DNA of 64,000 bases from Clostridia bacterium (GTDB lineage Bacteria > Bacillota > Clostridia > Christensenellales > Aristaeellaceae). Shown here in pieces: positions 8,575 to 17,570 of the stretch (positions are counted from its first letter, which is position 1; the number at the start of each line of letters is the position of its first letter). Under the pieces are notes generated by a model. It had not been told where the DNA came from and ran no database searches. It worked only from the letters and a program-made list of their open reading frames with translations. The position numbers were made by a program, and so were the translations under genes. The stretch spans positions 3,966-67,965 of the forward strand of contig JAFZPI010000019.1 in assembly GCA_017552615.1 (NCBI GenBank), in the 5' to 3' direction.

Positions 8575-10326
8575 ATGCTCTGCCATGATTCCCACAGCCC
8601 CTATTATCGCACGCCTGCCGGTCCTGTCCCCGCCGGGAGCCAGGTCACCTTTCGTTTTGTCAGCGACGATGCCGCGGGTGTGATCCTGCGCACCTGGATG
8701 GACGAGGAACGCGCTTACCCCATGACCTTTGACGGTCATCAAGTCTGGGAACTGAGCCTGACCCTGCCCGACAAACTGGGTATTTTCTGGTACGACTTTA
8801 TCATTTATCACAGCGATGGCTACACCCAGCGCTACGGGGCGCCGGAAGACGACCTGGGCGGAGAGGGCCATGTATGTGAAGGGCATCTCCACTCCTTCCG
8901 CATTACCCTCTACAACCGTACCTGGCGTACCCCGGAGTGGATGCATGGCGCGAATATCTATCAGATCTTCCCGGACAGGTTTTACAAGGGCGAGGCGGTG
9001 ATCCGCGACGATACCCCCGGGCGCCGCATGCACAAAAAGTGGAACGAAGATTTCTTCCCGATGCGGGAACGGGAGAACGGATCCATGGACTTCTGGGGCG
9101 GGAACCTGATTGGCATCCGCGAAAAACTGCCCTATCTGAAGGAAATGGGCATAACAGTCCTGTATCTGAATCCGATTTTCAAATCACTGCACAACCATCA
9201 TTACGATACCGGCGATTACACGAAGGTCGACCCGCTGCTGGGTTCGGAGGAAGACTTTGATGCCCTGAAAAAAGGCTGTGATGAGGCCGGGATCACCATC
9301 ATGCTGGACGGGGTCTTCAGCCATACGGGGCAGGACAGCATCTATTTCAACGCCTTCGGACGGTACGACAGTCTCGGCGCGGCGCAGAGCCGGGAGAGCC
9401 CCTATTATTCCTGGTATTCTTTTGAGGACTATCCGACCCGATACCGCTGCTGGTGGGGGGATGCTTCCTTGCCGGAATGTCGCAAGTCTGACCCGTCTTA
9501 CCAACATTTCATCTTTGACAGCGAAGAGGGTATTGTGCCCGTGTGGATCAAACGCGGCGCCGGTGGATGGCGGCTGGATGTGGCCGACGAACTGACCATG
9601 GACTTCCTGCGCAAGCTGCGTTTCGCGGCCAGGACGACCCGCGAGGACGCGCTGGTGCTAGGCGAGGTTTGGGAAGACGCCAGCAATAAGGAGTCTTATG
9701 GTGAGATTCGATGCTACTGCGCGGGCGATACCTTGGATTCCGTGATGAACTATCCTTTGCGGTCTGCTGTTCTCGGCTTTGCGATGGGAGAAATATCGGC
9801 CTTTGAACTTGCCAGGCTGATTCGTCACCAGGCAGAAGTCTATCCCGTGCCTTTCCGTTATGCGCTGATGAACCTGCTTGGCAGTCATGACCGGGCTCGC
9901 GTGCTGAACATGCTGGTGGGCAAGGAATTCAGCGGTATGCCCCGGACCGAACAGCACAAGGTCAAGCTCAGCCGTGCGGAGTACAACCTGGCGGTCAAGC
10001 GCTATAAACTCTGTCTGGATATTATCTGTGCCCTTCCGGGCTGCCCGACAGTCTATTACGGCGACGAAGCCGGTATGACCGGCTGTTCCGACCCCTTCTG
10101 CCGAAAGCCCTTCCCCTGGGGACATGAAGACATCAATCTGCAGGAATTCGTCAAAGGCCGCCTGAACCATCACCGGGACAGCGTGCTCCTGCGGACCGGC
10201 TTCTGCGAGGTGGAGGCGACGGATGACGACACACTCACTGTCCGCCGCTATATGCTCGACGGCCGTGATGCCTTTGGGTGCCGCACAGAAGTGACAGGGG
10301 AGGAGAACTTCACCTTTATTAGGTAA
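8575..10326 (+). CDS. GH13 alpha-glycosidase (neopullulanase/cyclomaltodextrinase-like)
   Basis: GH13 conserved regions: NIYQIFPDRF, VLYLNPIF, DGVFSHTG, GWRLDVADEL, LGEVWED, LLGSHDRAR. AAGGAG lies 8 nt upstream of the ATG. Starts 24 nt after the previous stop. Confidence 0.9.
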   Translation: MLCHDSHSPYYRTPAGPVPAGSQVTFRFVSDDAAGVILRTWMDEERAYPMTFDGHQVWELSLTLPDKLGIFWYDFIIYHSDGYTQRYGAPEDDLGGEGHVCEGHLHSFRITLYNRTWRTPEWMHGANIYQIFPDRFYKGEAVIRDDTPGRRMHKKWNEDFFPMRERENGSMDFWGGNLIGIREKLPYLKEMGITVLYLNPIFKSLHNHHYDTGDYTKVDPLLGSEEDFDALKKGCDEAGITIMLDGVFSHTGQDSIYFNAFGRYDSLGAAQSRESPYYSWYSFEDYPTRYRCWWGDASLPECRKSDPSYQHFIFDSEEGIVPVWIKRGAGGWRLDVADELTMDFLRKLRFAARTTREDALVLGEVWEDASNKESYGEIRCYCAGDTLDSVMNYPLRSAVLGFAMGEISAFELARLIRHQAEVYPVPFRYALMNLLGSHDRARVLNMLVGKEFSGMPRTEQHKVKLSRAEYNLAVKRYKLCLDIICALPGCPTVYYGDEAGMTGCSDPFCRKPFPWGHEDINLQEFVKGRLNHHRDSVLLRTGFCEVEATDDDTLTVRRYMLDGRDAFGCRTEVTGEENFTFIR

Positions 10327-10370
10327 CTGCTTATACTGAGTTCATAGTTAAAGGCGTTATTCTTCAATAC

Positions 10371-10409
10371 AAAAAGGAAACACAGAGTAGTGCTCTATGA
10401 TTCCTTTTT
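10371..10409. terminator. bidirectional hairpin terminator between convergent genes
   Basis: AAAAAGGAA acac AGAG tagtg CTCT atga TTCCTTTTT. A/T runs on both sides. Confidence 0.6.
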
Positions 10410-10429
10410 GCATATATGTGGTTTTTGAA

Positions 10430-12403
10430 TTATCTACTCATACTTGTTGCAATGATGGCTGGAACGGAGACAGAACTTCCCATTGTGGTTGTATAGGTAT
10501 AGATGCCGTAATACTCTCCTTTTAGTGTCACGATATCATTTTCCAAAATTCGGGAAGCACCACGAGGTAGAGTATATTCAACATAGAAAACACAGCTGTA
10601 ATCTGAATCTACTGCTACGCGGTATATATTTGGTCCACTACTACGTTCCACTACTTGAATTACTTTAGCTTTGAAAGTCATGTTTTTTCCTTCATAGGGG
10701 TTTGGGTTTCGTGCAATTTCAGAAAAGTTTGTTTTTGTGATCTTATAATATCCATTAGAATCAACGCTTATTGTCTTTTTCGTATATCCTTGGATGCTGT
10801 AAGAAGATATAGAACAGGAAGGAATGGTTATTTTACCACCCATTGTACTATTATAAGAATATAAGCCAGTTGAAACACCTACTACTGTTATGATGTCATC
10901 TTCAAGAATCCGCAAATTAATGTCAGTCTTTTTGATAGTAGCGAGGAAAACAGCATCATAGCTTTGGTCTACAGCAAGTCGATACATTGTTGTGCTACCT
11001 TCTACAACCTGTAATACTTTGGCAGTAAATGTGATTTGCTTGTTGAGATAGGTTTTTTCATCTCTTGCAAAAGATTCATAATTTTGTTTGGTAACTTTGT
11101 ATTGGCCACTGGAATTTTGGCTAGCAGTGGTTGTGGCTTTTCCGGGAACAGTAACACTGCTAGCATTACATTGTGGGATAGTTATTGCCGCACCTAATGT
11201 ACTTTCATATGTCATTAAACCACTAAATGTTGCAACTACTGTAACTTTATCATCTTCAAGTATTCTTGTTGTTCTTGAACTGTTAGGAAGTTGGACATAA
11301 AACACACAATTACTATCACTGTCTACAGCCATGCGGTAAGTCGAAGTATTGCTACCTTCAATAACCTGAAGAACTTTTGCCGAGAATGTTATTTTTTCAT
11401 TCAGATGTATATTTGGTCTGCGCGCATAATCTTGATACGTACTCTTTGTAACTTTATAATTTCCATTACTATCTTTGGAAAAAGACTTAGGTGCACTGTA
11501 ATTCTTTATATCAACTTTTTCTACCGATACTGAGGGAATTGTAATATCTCCACCACGGGTGCTCGAATATGTATATAGTCCTTTGTACGTTCCTCGAATA
11601 GTGATTGAGTCATCCTCTAAGATACGTATGTCACTTACTTTAGGATCCATAGTAAGATATAATACCATATCAGAAGAAGATCCAACGGCTAAACGATATA
11701 TATTCTTTGAAGTGCCTTCAACAACTTGAAGGACTTTTCCTGTAGAAACAATCATTTCGTTTGTGTGAAGGTAAGGATGGCGAGCATAATCAGTATAGTT
11801 AGTTGTTGTTAGTTTAATATATTTACCATCCTTTGACACAACGGCGTTCAATCGATCACGTATGTTCGTTAATGCAGATGACAACTCAACATCACTAGCA
11901 GAAGAGACTTGTTTATTTGTTACTGGACGAATCATAAGTGCAGCGGTGCATTCCGGAACCGTCACGGAAAGATTAACTGTGCTTGAGTATGTCTGAAGTC
12001 TTGAAAACTCTGCATAAACACAGACCTGGTCATCTTCTAAAAAGCGTTCAGTGCCTTCTGGTATAGAATAATAAACAATGAAGACTTGATTGCTATTATT
12101 ATCTTTAGCAACGCGATAAGTGGTAGAATAGGAACCTTCTAATACCTGTATGATTTTTCCCTTGAAATATAGCAAATCTCCAGTATGTCGACTTGGATTA
12201 CGTTCAATATCATCATAGCTAAAAGACGATACGTAATTTCCAGCAGTTGAGAATGAATTTAGTTGAATCTGGGCTTGCACTTGGGCATAAAGGTCAAAAA
12301 GTTGGGTTTCAGACAAGCCATTGACCTTAATGTCGGTTCCGTATGCAATTGAGACTGTAAAAAGCAATGTGACAAAAACCAAGAAAAACAGGATCTTCTT
12401 CAT
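10430..12403 (-). CDS. secreted protein with five tandem ~118-120 aa repeats of an unrecognised domain
   Basis: The start is moved to the ATG at 12403 (MKKILFFLVFVTLLFTVSIAYG signal peptide, GGAGGG upstream). Five copies of the pattern Y.(V/I)TK.(N/T)Y..(Y/F)AR.P...L.(E/K).(I/M).F..KV(L/I)QV(V/I)EG....YR(L/M)AV.S...(V)F....RILEDD.(I/V)T(V/I).G...GL.(T/S)Y.ST.G..ITIP. Confidence 0.75.
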   Translation of the reverse strand: MKKILFFLVFVTLLFTVSIAYGTDIKVNGLSETQLFDLYAQVQAQIQLNSFSTAGNYVSSFSYDDIERNPSRHTGDLLYFKGKIIQVLEGSYSTTYRVAKDNNSNQVFIVYYSIPEGTERFLEDDQVCVYAEFSRLQTYSSTVNLSVTVPECTAALMIRPVTNKQVSSASDVELSSALTNIRDRLNAVVSKDGKYIKLTTTNYTDYARHPYLHTNEMIVSTGKVLQVVEGTSKNIYRLAVGSSSDMVLYLTMDPKVSDIRILEDDSITIRGTYKGLYTYSSTRGGDITIPSVSVEKVDIKNYSAPKSFSKDSNGNYKVTKSTYQDYARRPNIHLNEKITFSAKVLQVIEGSNTSTYRMAVDSDSNCVFYVQLPNSSRTTRILEDDKVTVVATFSGLMTYESTLGAAITIPQCNASSVTVPGKATTTASQNSSGQYKVTKQNYESFARDEKTYLNKQITFTAKVLQVVEGSTTMYRLAVDQSYDAVFLATIKKTDINLRILEDDIITVVGVSTGLYSYNSTMGGKITIPSCSISSYSIQGYTKKTISVDSNGYYKITKTNFSEIARNPNPYEGKNMTFKAKVIQVVERSSGPNIYRVAVDSDYSCVFYVEYTLPRGASRILENDIVTLKGEYYGIYTYTTTMGSSVSVPAIIATSMSR

Positions 12404-12456
12404 TTGGTTCCCTCCATATTGATTGAGATTGGAAAAAACTGGGGTTCGATAAATCA

Positions 12457-12484
12457 ATTATAGATCATCTAGGATTTTTGTCAA
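12457..12484 (-). promoter_or_regulatory. near-consensus sigma-A promoter of the repeat-protein gene
   Basis: Reverse strand reads TTGACA, 16 nt, TATAAT, about 50 nt upstream of the ATG at 12403. Confidence 0.65.
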
Positions 12485-12613
12485 TAGTATATTCTATGCA
12501 TTATATATGGAAATCTACTTGTTTGTCACTGTACATACAGCTGAACGAATATTGGTTGTTTTTTCTATAAACAGGTGATATCATTGCTGTGTAGTTAAGA
12601 AAATTACGAACGG

Positions 12614-13816
12614 ATGATTACTATGAAAACTCGCTTGTATTTTGTTTTTCTGATAATGATGATAACAATGATATATAATCAATGCTGCGCTGATTCACAA
12701 ATCATGGTTGTCACCGACATCCATTACCTTGCTCCGTCCCTCTATGAAGGCAGCGACCTGTTCCTTCGTTCGATCGCAAACGCGGACGGAAAAATGACCC
12801 ATTACTCGCCGGAATTGCTGGACGCCCTGCTCGCTGAGGCTCGGCACCAGAAACCGGATGTTGTGCTGATCACAGGCGATCTTACCTTCTACGGCGAAAA
12901 ACAGAGTCACCAGGAACTCGCGGCAGCAATGGACGAGCTTTGGGACGAAGGGATTCCCGTGTACGTGATTCCCGGCAATCACGACATCAACAGCCCTTAT
13001 GCCCGATGGTTCTCCGGCGAGGACTGGGGATACACGGACAATGTGACCCCGGAGGAATTCCGCGAAATCTGGGCGCGCTGCCTCCTGCCATCGGAGGACG
13101 GTTATACCATGAGCTATACCGTCCGGCTGAACGACAAGGTCTGGATCGCGATGGCGGATGTGTGCGTGTATGATGAAGCGGTCGAGATGTACGGCTTTTA
13201 CAGTCAGGAACAGCAGGCCTGGCTGGTGCCCATGCTGGAGGAGGCAAAAACGGCCGGGGTGACCGTCATCAGCGCGACTCACCAGAGCCTCATTCCGCGC
13301 TCGTCTTCCCGCCCCAACAGCTACAGCATCTACAACCGTGAATACATGCTGCCCGATCTCAGGGCCGGCGGCGTGACGCTGAACCTCTCCGGGCACATCC
13401 ATATCATGAGTGTACTTGAGAAGGATGGACTCACCGACGCCGCGACCGGGGCCTTCTGCATCCATTCCCATTGTTACGGTCTAGTCACCGTGGGGGAAGA
13501 CGGAATTCCGCACTATGAGCGGCATACCGTCTGCGACGAGCACTTGCCGGAGGGCTTCAAGGCCCTCAGTGAAGCGTTTTTCAGCGAGCGGGACGTTCGA
13601 AATGCGGAGGAACAGTTGGCCGGTCTGGATATCCCGGAGGATGCCCGTCGGGTCATGGTGGAGTACGCTCGCCGCGTCAATGCCGATAACTTTGCCGGGA
13701 TCCTGGACCCCAATGATCCCAAATGGCTGGAAGACCCCGCTCTCGAACTTTGGGCTGAGTATGCGCCTGAGACCGGCACAGGCACGCGCCTGCTGCAGAT
13801 GTTTGATGCCCATTGA
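12614..13816 (+). CDS. calcineurin-like metallophosphoesterase
   Basis: Motifs VVTDIHY, GDLTFYG, GNHD and SGHIH. The first 30 codons are AT-rich and encode a signal/anchor-like peptide. An alternative start is the ATG at 12704 (MVVTDIHY). Confidence 0.8.
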   Translation: MITMKTRLYFVFLIMMITMIYNQCCADSQIMVVTDIHYLAPSLYEGSDLFLRSIANADGKMTHYSPELLDALLAEARHQKPDVVLITGDLTFYGEKQSHQELAAAMDELWDEGIPVYVIPGNHDINSPYARWFSGEDWGYTDNVTPEEFREIWARCLLPSEDGYTMSYTVRLNDKVWIAMADVCVYDEAVEMYGFYSQEQQAWLVPMLEEAKTAGVTVISATHQSLIPRSSSRPNSYSIYNREYMLPDLRAGGVTLNLSGHIHIMSVLEKDGLTDAATGAFCIHSHCYGLVTVGEDGIPHYERHTVCDEHLPEGFKALSEAFFSERDVRNAEEQLAGLDIPEDARRVMVEYARRVNADNFAGILDPNDPKWLEDPALELWAEYAPETGTGTRLLQMFDAH

Positions 13817-13884
13817 CCCATCCCGGCAAAGGTGATAAACTGAAGCCGGGTTTTGTTTTCAACCAGATTCCCGAGGAGGACGCA

Positions 13885-15750
13885 ATGATCCCATATAACG
13901 ACAAAATCGAAGCCATGCTGGAGAAGGTCCAGAAGGCACCGCGCTATACCGGCGGCGAAATGAACGCCGTCCACAAGGATTGGGACGCGGTGGCGCTGCG
14001 GTATGGCTTTTGCTTCCCCGATACCTACGAGGTGGGCATGTCCCATCTTGGTTTGAAGATCCTCTACGGTCTTGTGAACGAACAGCTGGATCAGCTCTGC
14101 GAACGGTTCTTCATGCCCTGGCCGGACATGAAGGAGCTGATGGAGCAGGAAGGTGTTCCGCTGTTCTCGGTAGAAAGCCGCCATGCCCTCCGCGATTTCG
14201 ACATGATCGGGTTCACGCTCCAGTACGAGATGAGCTATACCAACATTCTCGCCATGATGCGCCTGGGTGGGGTGACCCTGCTCAGCCGTGAGCGCGGCGA
14301 ACGGGAACCTGTGGTGGTTGCCGGCGGGCCCTGTGCTTTCAACCCTGAACCGCTAGCAGATTTCATCGATGCTTTCATGATCGGTGACGGTGAGGAAGTC
14401 ACGCTTCAGGTGACTGCGGCAGTACGGGACTGGAAGCAATCGGACGCCCCGAGAGTTGAACTCCTGAAGACGTTGGCACAGATCCCAGGCGTGTATGTTC
14501 CAGCCTTTTACGATGTGAAGTACAATGAAGAGGGCCGGGTGTTGTCCGTTACGCCCAATTGCCCGGAAGCGCCGGAAAAGGTCAAAAAGTGTGTGATCCC
14601 GGACCTGAACACGACCTACTATCCCCGGTCTTTCCCCGTTCCCTATACGGAAGTTGTCTTTGACCGCATCATGCTGGAGATCATGCGCGGGTGCACCCGC
14701 GGATGCCGGTTCTGCCAGGCGGGGATGCTCTACCGCCCAGTAAGGGAGCGGTCTCTTGAAACGCTGCGTAGCTTGGCTAAAGATCTTGAAAAAGCTACCG
14801 GCTATGAGGAGATGAGTCTTTCCAGCCTTTCCAGCGGTGACTACTCCTGTCTGCCGGAACTGATCCGTGCCTTAATGAAGGACCTCGAGAAGGAGCGGGT
14901 CGGGATCTCCCTGCCGTCCCTGCGCATTGACAGTGTGCTGAAGGAGAGCCTCGAAGAGACGCAGAAGATGCGCAAGACAAGCCTGACCTTCGCGCCGGAG
15001 GCCGGGACGCAGCGACTGCGCGATGTGATCAACAAGGGTGTCAGCGAAGCGGACCTGATGGAAAAGGTCACGGATGCTTTCACCTGCGGGTGGAACGCGG
15101 TGAAGCTTTACTTTATGATCGGGCTGCCGACGGAGACATACGAAGACCTGGATGGCATCGTGGACCTGGCACGGAAAGTCGTCGGCTGTTATTTCGCAGT
15201 GCCGAAGGACAAACGTGCGAGGGGCCTTCGCGTGACGGTTTCCGCTTCCAGCTTTGTCCCCAAGCCCGTAACGCCTTTCCAATGGGAAGGACAGGATACA
15301 CAGGATTCACTGAAGGCAAAACAGCAGTATCTGAAAGAAAAGTTCCGGACGGTCAAGGGTGTGAACTTCAACTATCACACGCCCGAGCTGAGCTTTCTGG
15401 AGGCTTGTTTCTCCAGAGGTGACCGTAGGCTCGGACAAGTCTTGCTGAACGCCGTGAACCTGGGCTGCATACTGGACGGCTGGTCCGACTGGTTCCGGCT
15501 GGACCTGTGGCTGCAGGCCTTCGCAGACGCGGGTCTGGACCCAGAATGGTATGCTTACCGCTCCTGCGGCCGCGACGAGGTCCTGCCGTGGGAGCACATT
15601 GACGCGGGCATCGACCGGGCTTTCCTCCAGCGGGAGTACGACAAAGCCAAAGAGGAAAAGGTGACCAAAGACTGCCGCCTTGGCTGCAACGGCTGCGGCC
15701 TGCAGAAGTGGGAGGGGGTGTGCGCGTATGCGAATGCTCGCCACGTTTGA
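13885..15750 (+). CDS. B12-binding-domain radical SAM protein (TIGR03960-like)
   Basis: The CxxxCxxC motif CTRGCRFCQAG follows an N-terminal B12-binding-like domain. The start is moved to the ATG at 13885, preceded by GAGGAGG. Confidence 0.85.
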   Translation: MIPYNDKIEAMLEKVQKAPRYTGGEMNAVHKDWDAVALRYGFCFPDTYEVGMSHLGLKILYGLVNEQLDQLCERFFMPWPDMKELMEQEGVPLFSVESRHALRDFDMIGFTLQYEMSYTNILAMMRLGGVTLLSRERGEREPVVVAGGPCAFNPEPLADFIDAFMIGDGEEVTLQVTAAVRDWKQSDAPRVELLKTLAQIPGVYVPAFYDVKYNEEGRVLSVTPNCPEAPEKVKKCVIPDLNTTYYPRSFPVPYTEVVFDRIMLEIMRGCTRGCRFCQAGMLYRPVRERSLETLRSLAKDLEKATGYEEMSLSSLSSGDYSCLPELIRALMKDLEKERVGISLPSLRIDSVLKESLEETQKMRKTSLTFAPEAGTQRLRDVINKGVSEADLMEKVTDAFTCGWNAVKLYFMIGLPTETYEDLDGIVDLARKVVGCYFAVPKDKRARGLRVTVSASSFVPKPVTPFQWEGQDTQDSLKAKQQYLKEKFRTVKGVNFNYHTPELSFLEACFSRGDRRLGQVLLNAVNLGCILDGWSDWFRLDLWLQAFADAGLDPEWYAYRSCGRDEVLPWEHIDAGIDRAFLQREYDKAKEEKVTKDCRLGCNGCGLQKWEGVCAYANARHV

Positions 15751-16399
15751 AAAGACGGAGAGACTGCGCCACATCGGCCATCTGGACATCATGAGAGCCA
15801 TGCAGCGCGCGCTTCGCCGGTCCAGCCTGCCGGTCAGCTATTCGAAAGGGTTTAACCCGCACATCCTGCTGACCTTTGCCTCTGCCCTGTCAGTAGGCGC
15901 TGCGGGGAAGTGTGAAATCATGGAAACCAGCCTGGATGAGGATGTGACACCGGAGACATTCATGGCTGCAATGAACGAAGCCCTGCCCCCGGAGATGCAG
16001 CTCACCTCTGCCAGGGTCATTGACGACCGCCGTCCGGCCTCTATGGCCATGGCGCAGGCGGCGTCCTATGACATTCGTATCCTGGACGAAAGCGTGGCAG
16101 AGACGTTGCGCGAAACCCTTTCTGCCTTCCTCGGACAGAAGGAGATCATCACCGACCGCAAGACCAAGAGCGGTGTCAAACCCTGTGATATCCGTCCGCT
16201 TCTTCTGGAAGTTTCAATGGACGGCGTACACCTGCACGCTCTGATGACGCTCACTGAAACCCTGTCCTGCAAACCTGCGATGCTGATGGTTGCCCTGTCC
16301 GCCTTTGCGGGAATCGAGACGCCCAGGGTCATGGTCACCCGGGAGAGGCTCTACGGCAAGGATGATACGGGGAATCTTCAGCCCCTGGAGGAATTGTGA
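15728..16399 (+). CDS. radical-SAM-associated protein (DUF2344 / TIGR03936-like)
   Basis: MRMLATFEKTERLRHIGHLDIMRAMQRALRRSSLPVSYSKGFNPH is the typical N-terminus of this family. The ATG at 15728 overlaps the upstream gene by 23 nt. Confidence 0.8.
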   Translation: MRMLATFEKTERLRHIGHLDIMRAMQRALRRSSLPVSYSKGFNPHILLTFASALSVGAAGKCEIMETSLDEDVTPETFMAAMNEALPPEMQLTSARVIDDRRPASMAMAQAASYDIRILDESVAETLRETLSAFLGQKEIITDRKTKSGVKPCDIRPLLLEVSMDGVHLHALMTLTETLSCKPAMLMVALSAFAGIETPRVMVTRERLYGKDDTGNLQPLEEL

Positions 16400-17517
16400 T
16401 GCGCGAGATTCTGGTCAGCGCCGCCTCTCATGCCTGTGCGGTCATGGAGGACGGGCATCTGTGTGAGTACATCCCCGAGGAAGAAAGCGGCGCTTCGGGC
16501 GCGATCCTGCTTGGCAAGGTGGTCCGGGTGGTCAAGGCCAACGATGCCGCGTTCGTGGACATCGGTGAGGAGCGCAACGGCTTTTTGCCCTTGAAAGAGC
16601 GGAGCGACTCTTTTGTTGGTCAGCCGCTCCGCGAGGGGGACCGCGTGACGGTGCAGATTGTCCGCGAAGCTCACGGCGAGAAAGGTGCTTTCCTGACCCG
16701 GGACATCAACCTGGCCGGCGAGAGTGTCATCTTCATGCCGTGCAACCGCTTTATCGGTGCGTCTGGCAAACTTGCGGCAGCAGAGGCGGACCGCCTTCGC
16801 ACACTGGGCCGTGAACTGTCATCAGACCGCTTCGGCCTGGTGATGCGCACCGCTGCGGCAGCCATGACAAAAGAAGCGATTGCGGCAGAAATCGATTCGA
16901 TGCAAGCCCTGTGGTTCACCATCGCGATCGCTGCTCCGACAGCTCCGGCGCCATCTGTCCTCTGGCAGGGCCGGACGGTTCTGGAAAGCCTGCTGGATGA
17001 CTATGTACCCCGTGGTGTAGAAACCGTTATCTCCGATGACCCGACTATAGCGCCCTTCTGTGATGGCCGCTGCCCTTTCCGCCTGGTAAACGCCGATCCG
17101 CTTGAGACAGCAGGTATCCCGGCGAAGCTGGAAGAAGCCCTGCATCGTCGCGTGTGGCTGAAGAGCGGTGCCAATCTGGTCATTGACGAATGCGAAGCGC
17201 TGACGGTCATCGATGTGAACACCGCAAAAAACACCGCACGCCGCGTCCATGAGAAAGCCCTGGCGAGTGTTAACGCCGAGGCATGCGCTGAGATCGCGCG
17301 ACAAATCCGCCTGCGTTCCATAGGCGGGATTATCATCATCGACATGATCGACATGATTGACGAGGACGACAAAGCTCATGTTCTCGAAGCCCTCCGTTCA
17401 GCTTTTGCGGCGGATCGCTCCAAAACCGTCATTCATGGATACACTTCCCTGGGATTGATTGAAATGACGCGTAGACGGACCCGGAAATCGTTACGGGAAA
17501 CACTCAAAAAGGCATAA
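16399..17517 (+). CDS. Rne/Rng-family ribonuclease (RNase E/G)
   Basis: S1-like N-terminus (ILLGKVVRVVKANDAAFVDIGEERNGFLP) and catalytic region (TVIDVNTAK...GGIIIIDMIDM). ATGA start/stop overlap with the upstream gene. Confidence 0.85.
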   Translation: MREILVSAASHACAVMEDGHLCEYIPEEESGASGAILLGKVVRVVKANDAAFVDIGEERNGFLPLKERSDSFVGQPLREGDRVTVQIVREAHGEKGAFLTRDINLAGESVIFMPCNRFIGASGKLAAAEADRLRTLGRELSSDRFGLVMRTAAAAMTKEAIAAEIDSMQALWFTIAIAAPTAPAPSVLWQGRTVLESLLDDYVPRGVETVISDDPTIAPFCDGRCPFRLVNADPLETAGIPAKLEEALHRRVWLKSGANLVIDECEALTVIDVNTAKNTARRVHEKALASVNAEACAEIARQIRLRSIGGIIIIDMIDMIDEDDKAHVLEALRSAFAADRSKTVIHGYTSLGLIEMTRRRTRKSLRETLKKA

Positions 17518-17527
17518 TGCGTTCTTC

Positions 17528-17570
17528 AAAACAGCGAACCTGATCTGATTCTCAGGCTCGCTGTTTCTTT
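17528..17570 (+). terminator. hairpin terminator between convergent rng-like and recQ genes
   Basis: AAACAGCGAACCTGA ... TCAGGCTCGCTGTTT (one mismatch) followed by a CTTT T-rich run. Confidence 0.65.

Larger units (their letters stand above)
10327..12705. other. low-GC segment 2 (putatively horizontally acquired)
   Basis: A spot count of the 60-nt line at 11041 gives 28% GC. The segment begins right after the GH13 stop and ends about 90 nt inside the 12614 ORF. Confidence 0.7.

Noticed and set aside
12404-12457. N-terminal extensions suggested by the ORF track (this example, and also the upstream parts of 13813, 17569-19470, 21436-22755, 27221-28345, 28399, 39086-40252 and 47387-49012)
   Set aside because: In each case an internal ATG or GTG with a good SD gives a canonical N-terminus or signal peptide. 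Here the extension would also start at the -10 box (12457-12462), upstream of the predicted transcription start.
5065-12710. Low-GC cassettes as a classical genomic island, prophage or IS-borne element
   Set aside because: I found no integrase, transposase, phage gene, tRNA target or flanking direct or inverted repeats. I therefore report only the compositional mosaic and do not call a mobile element.
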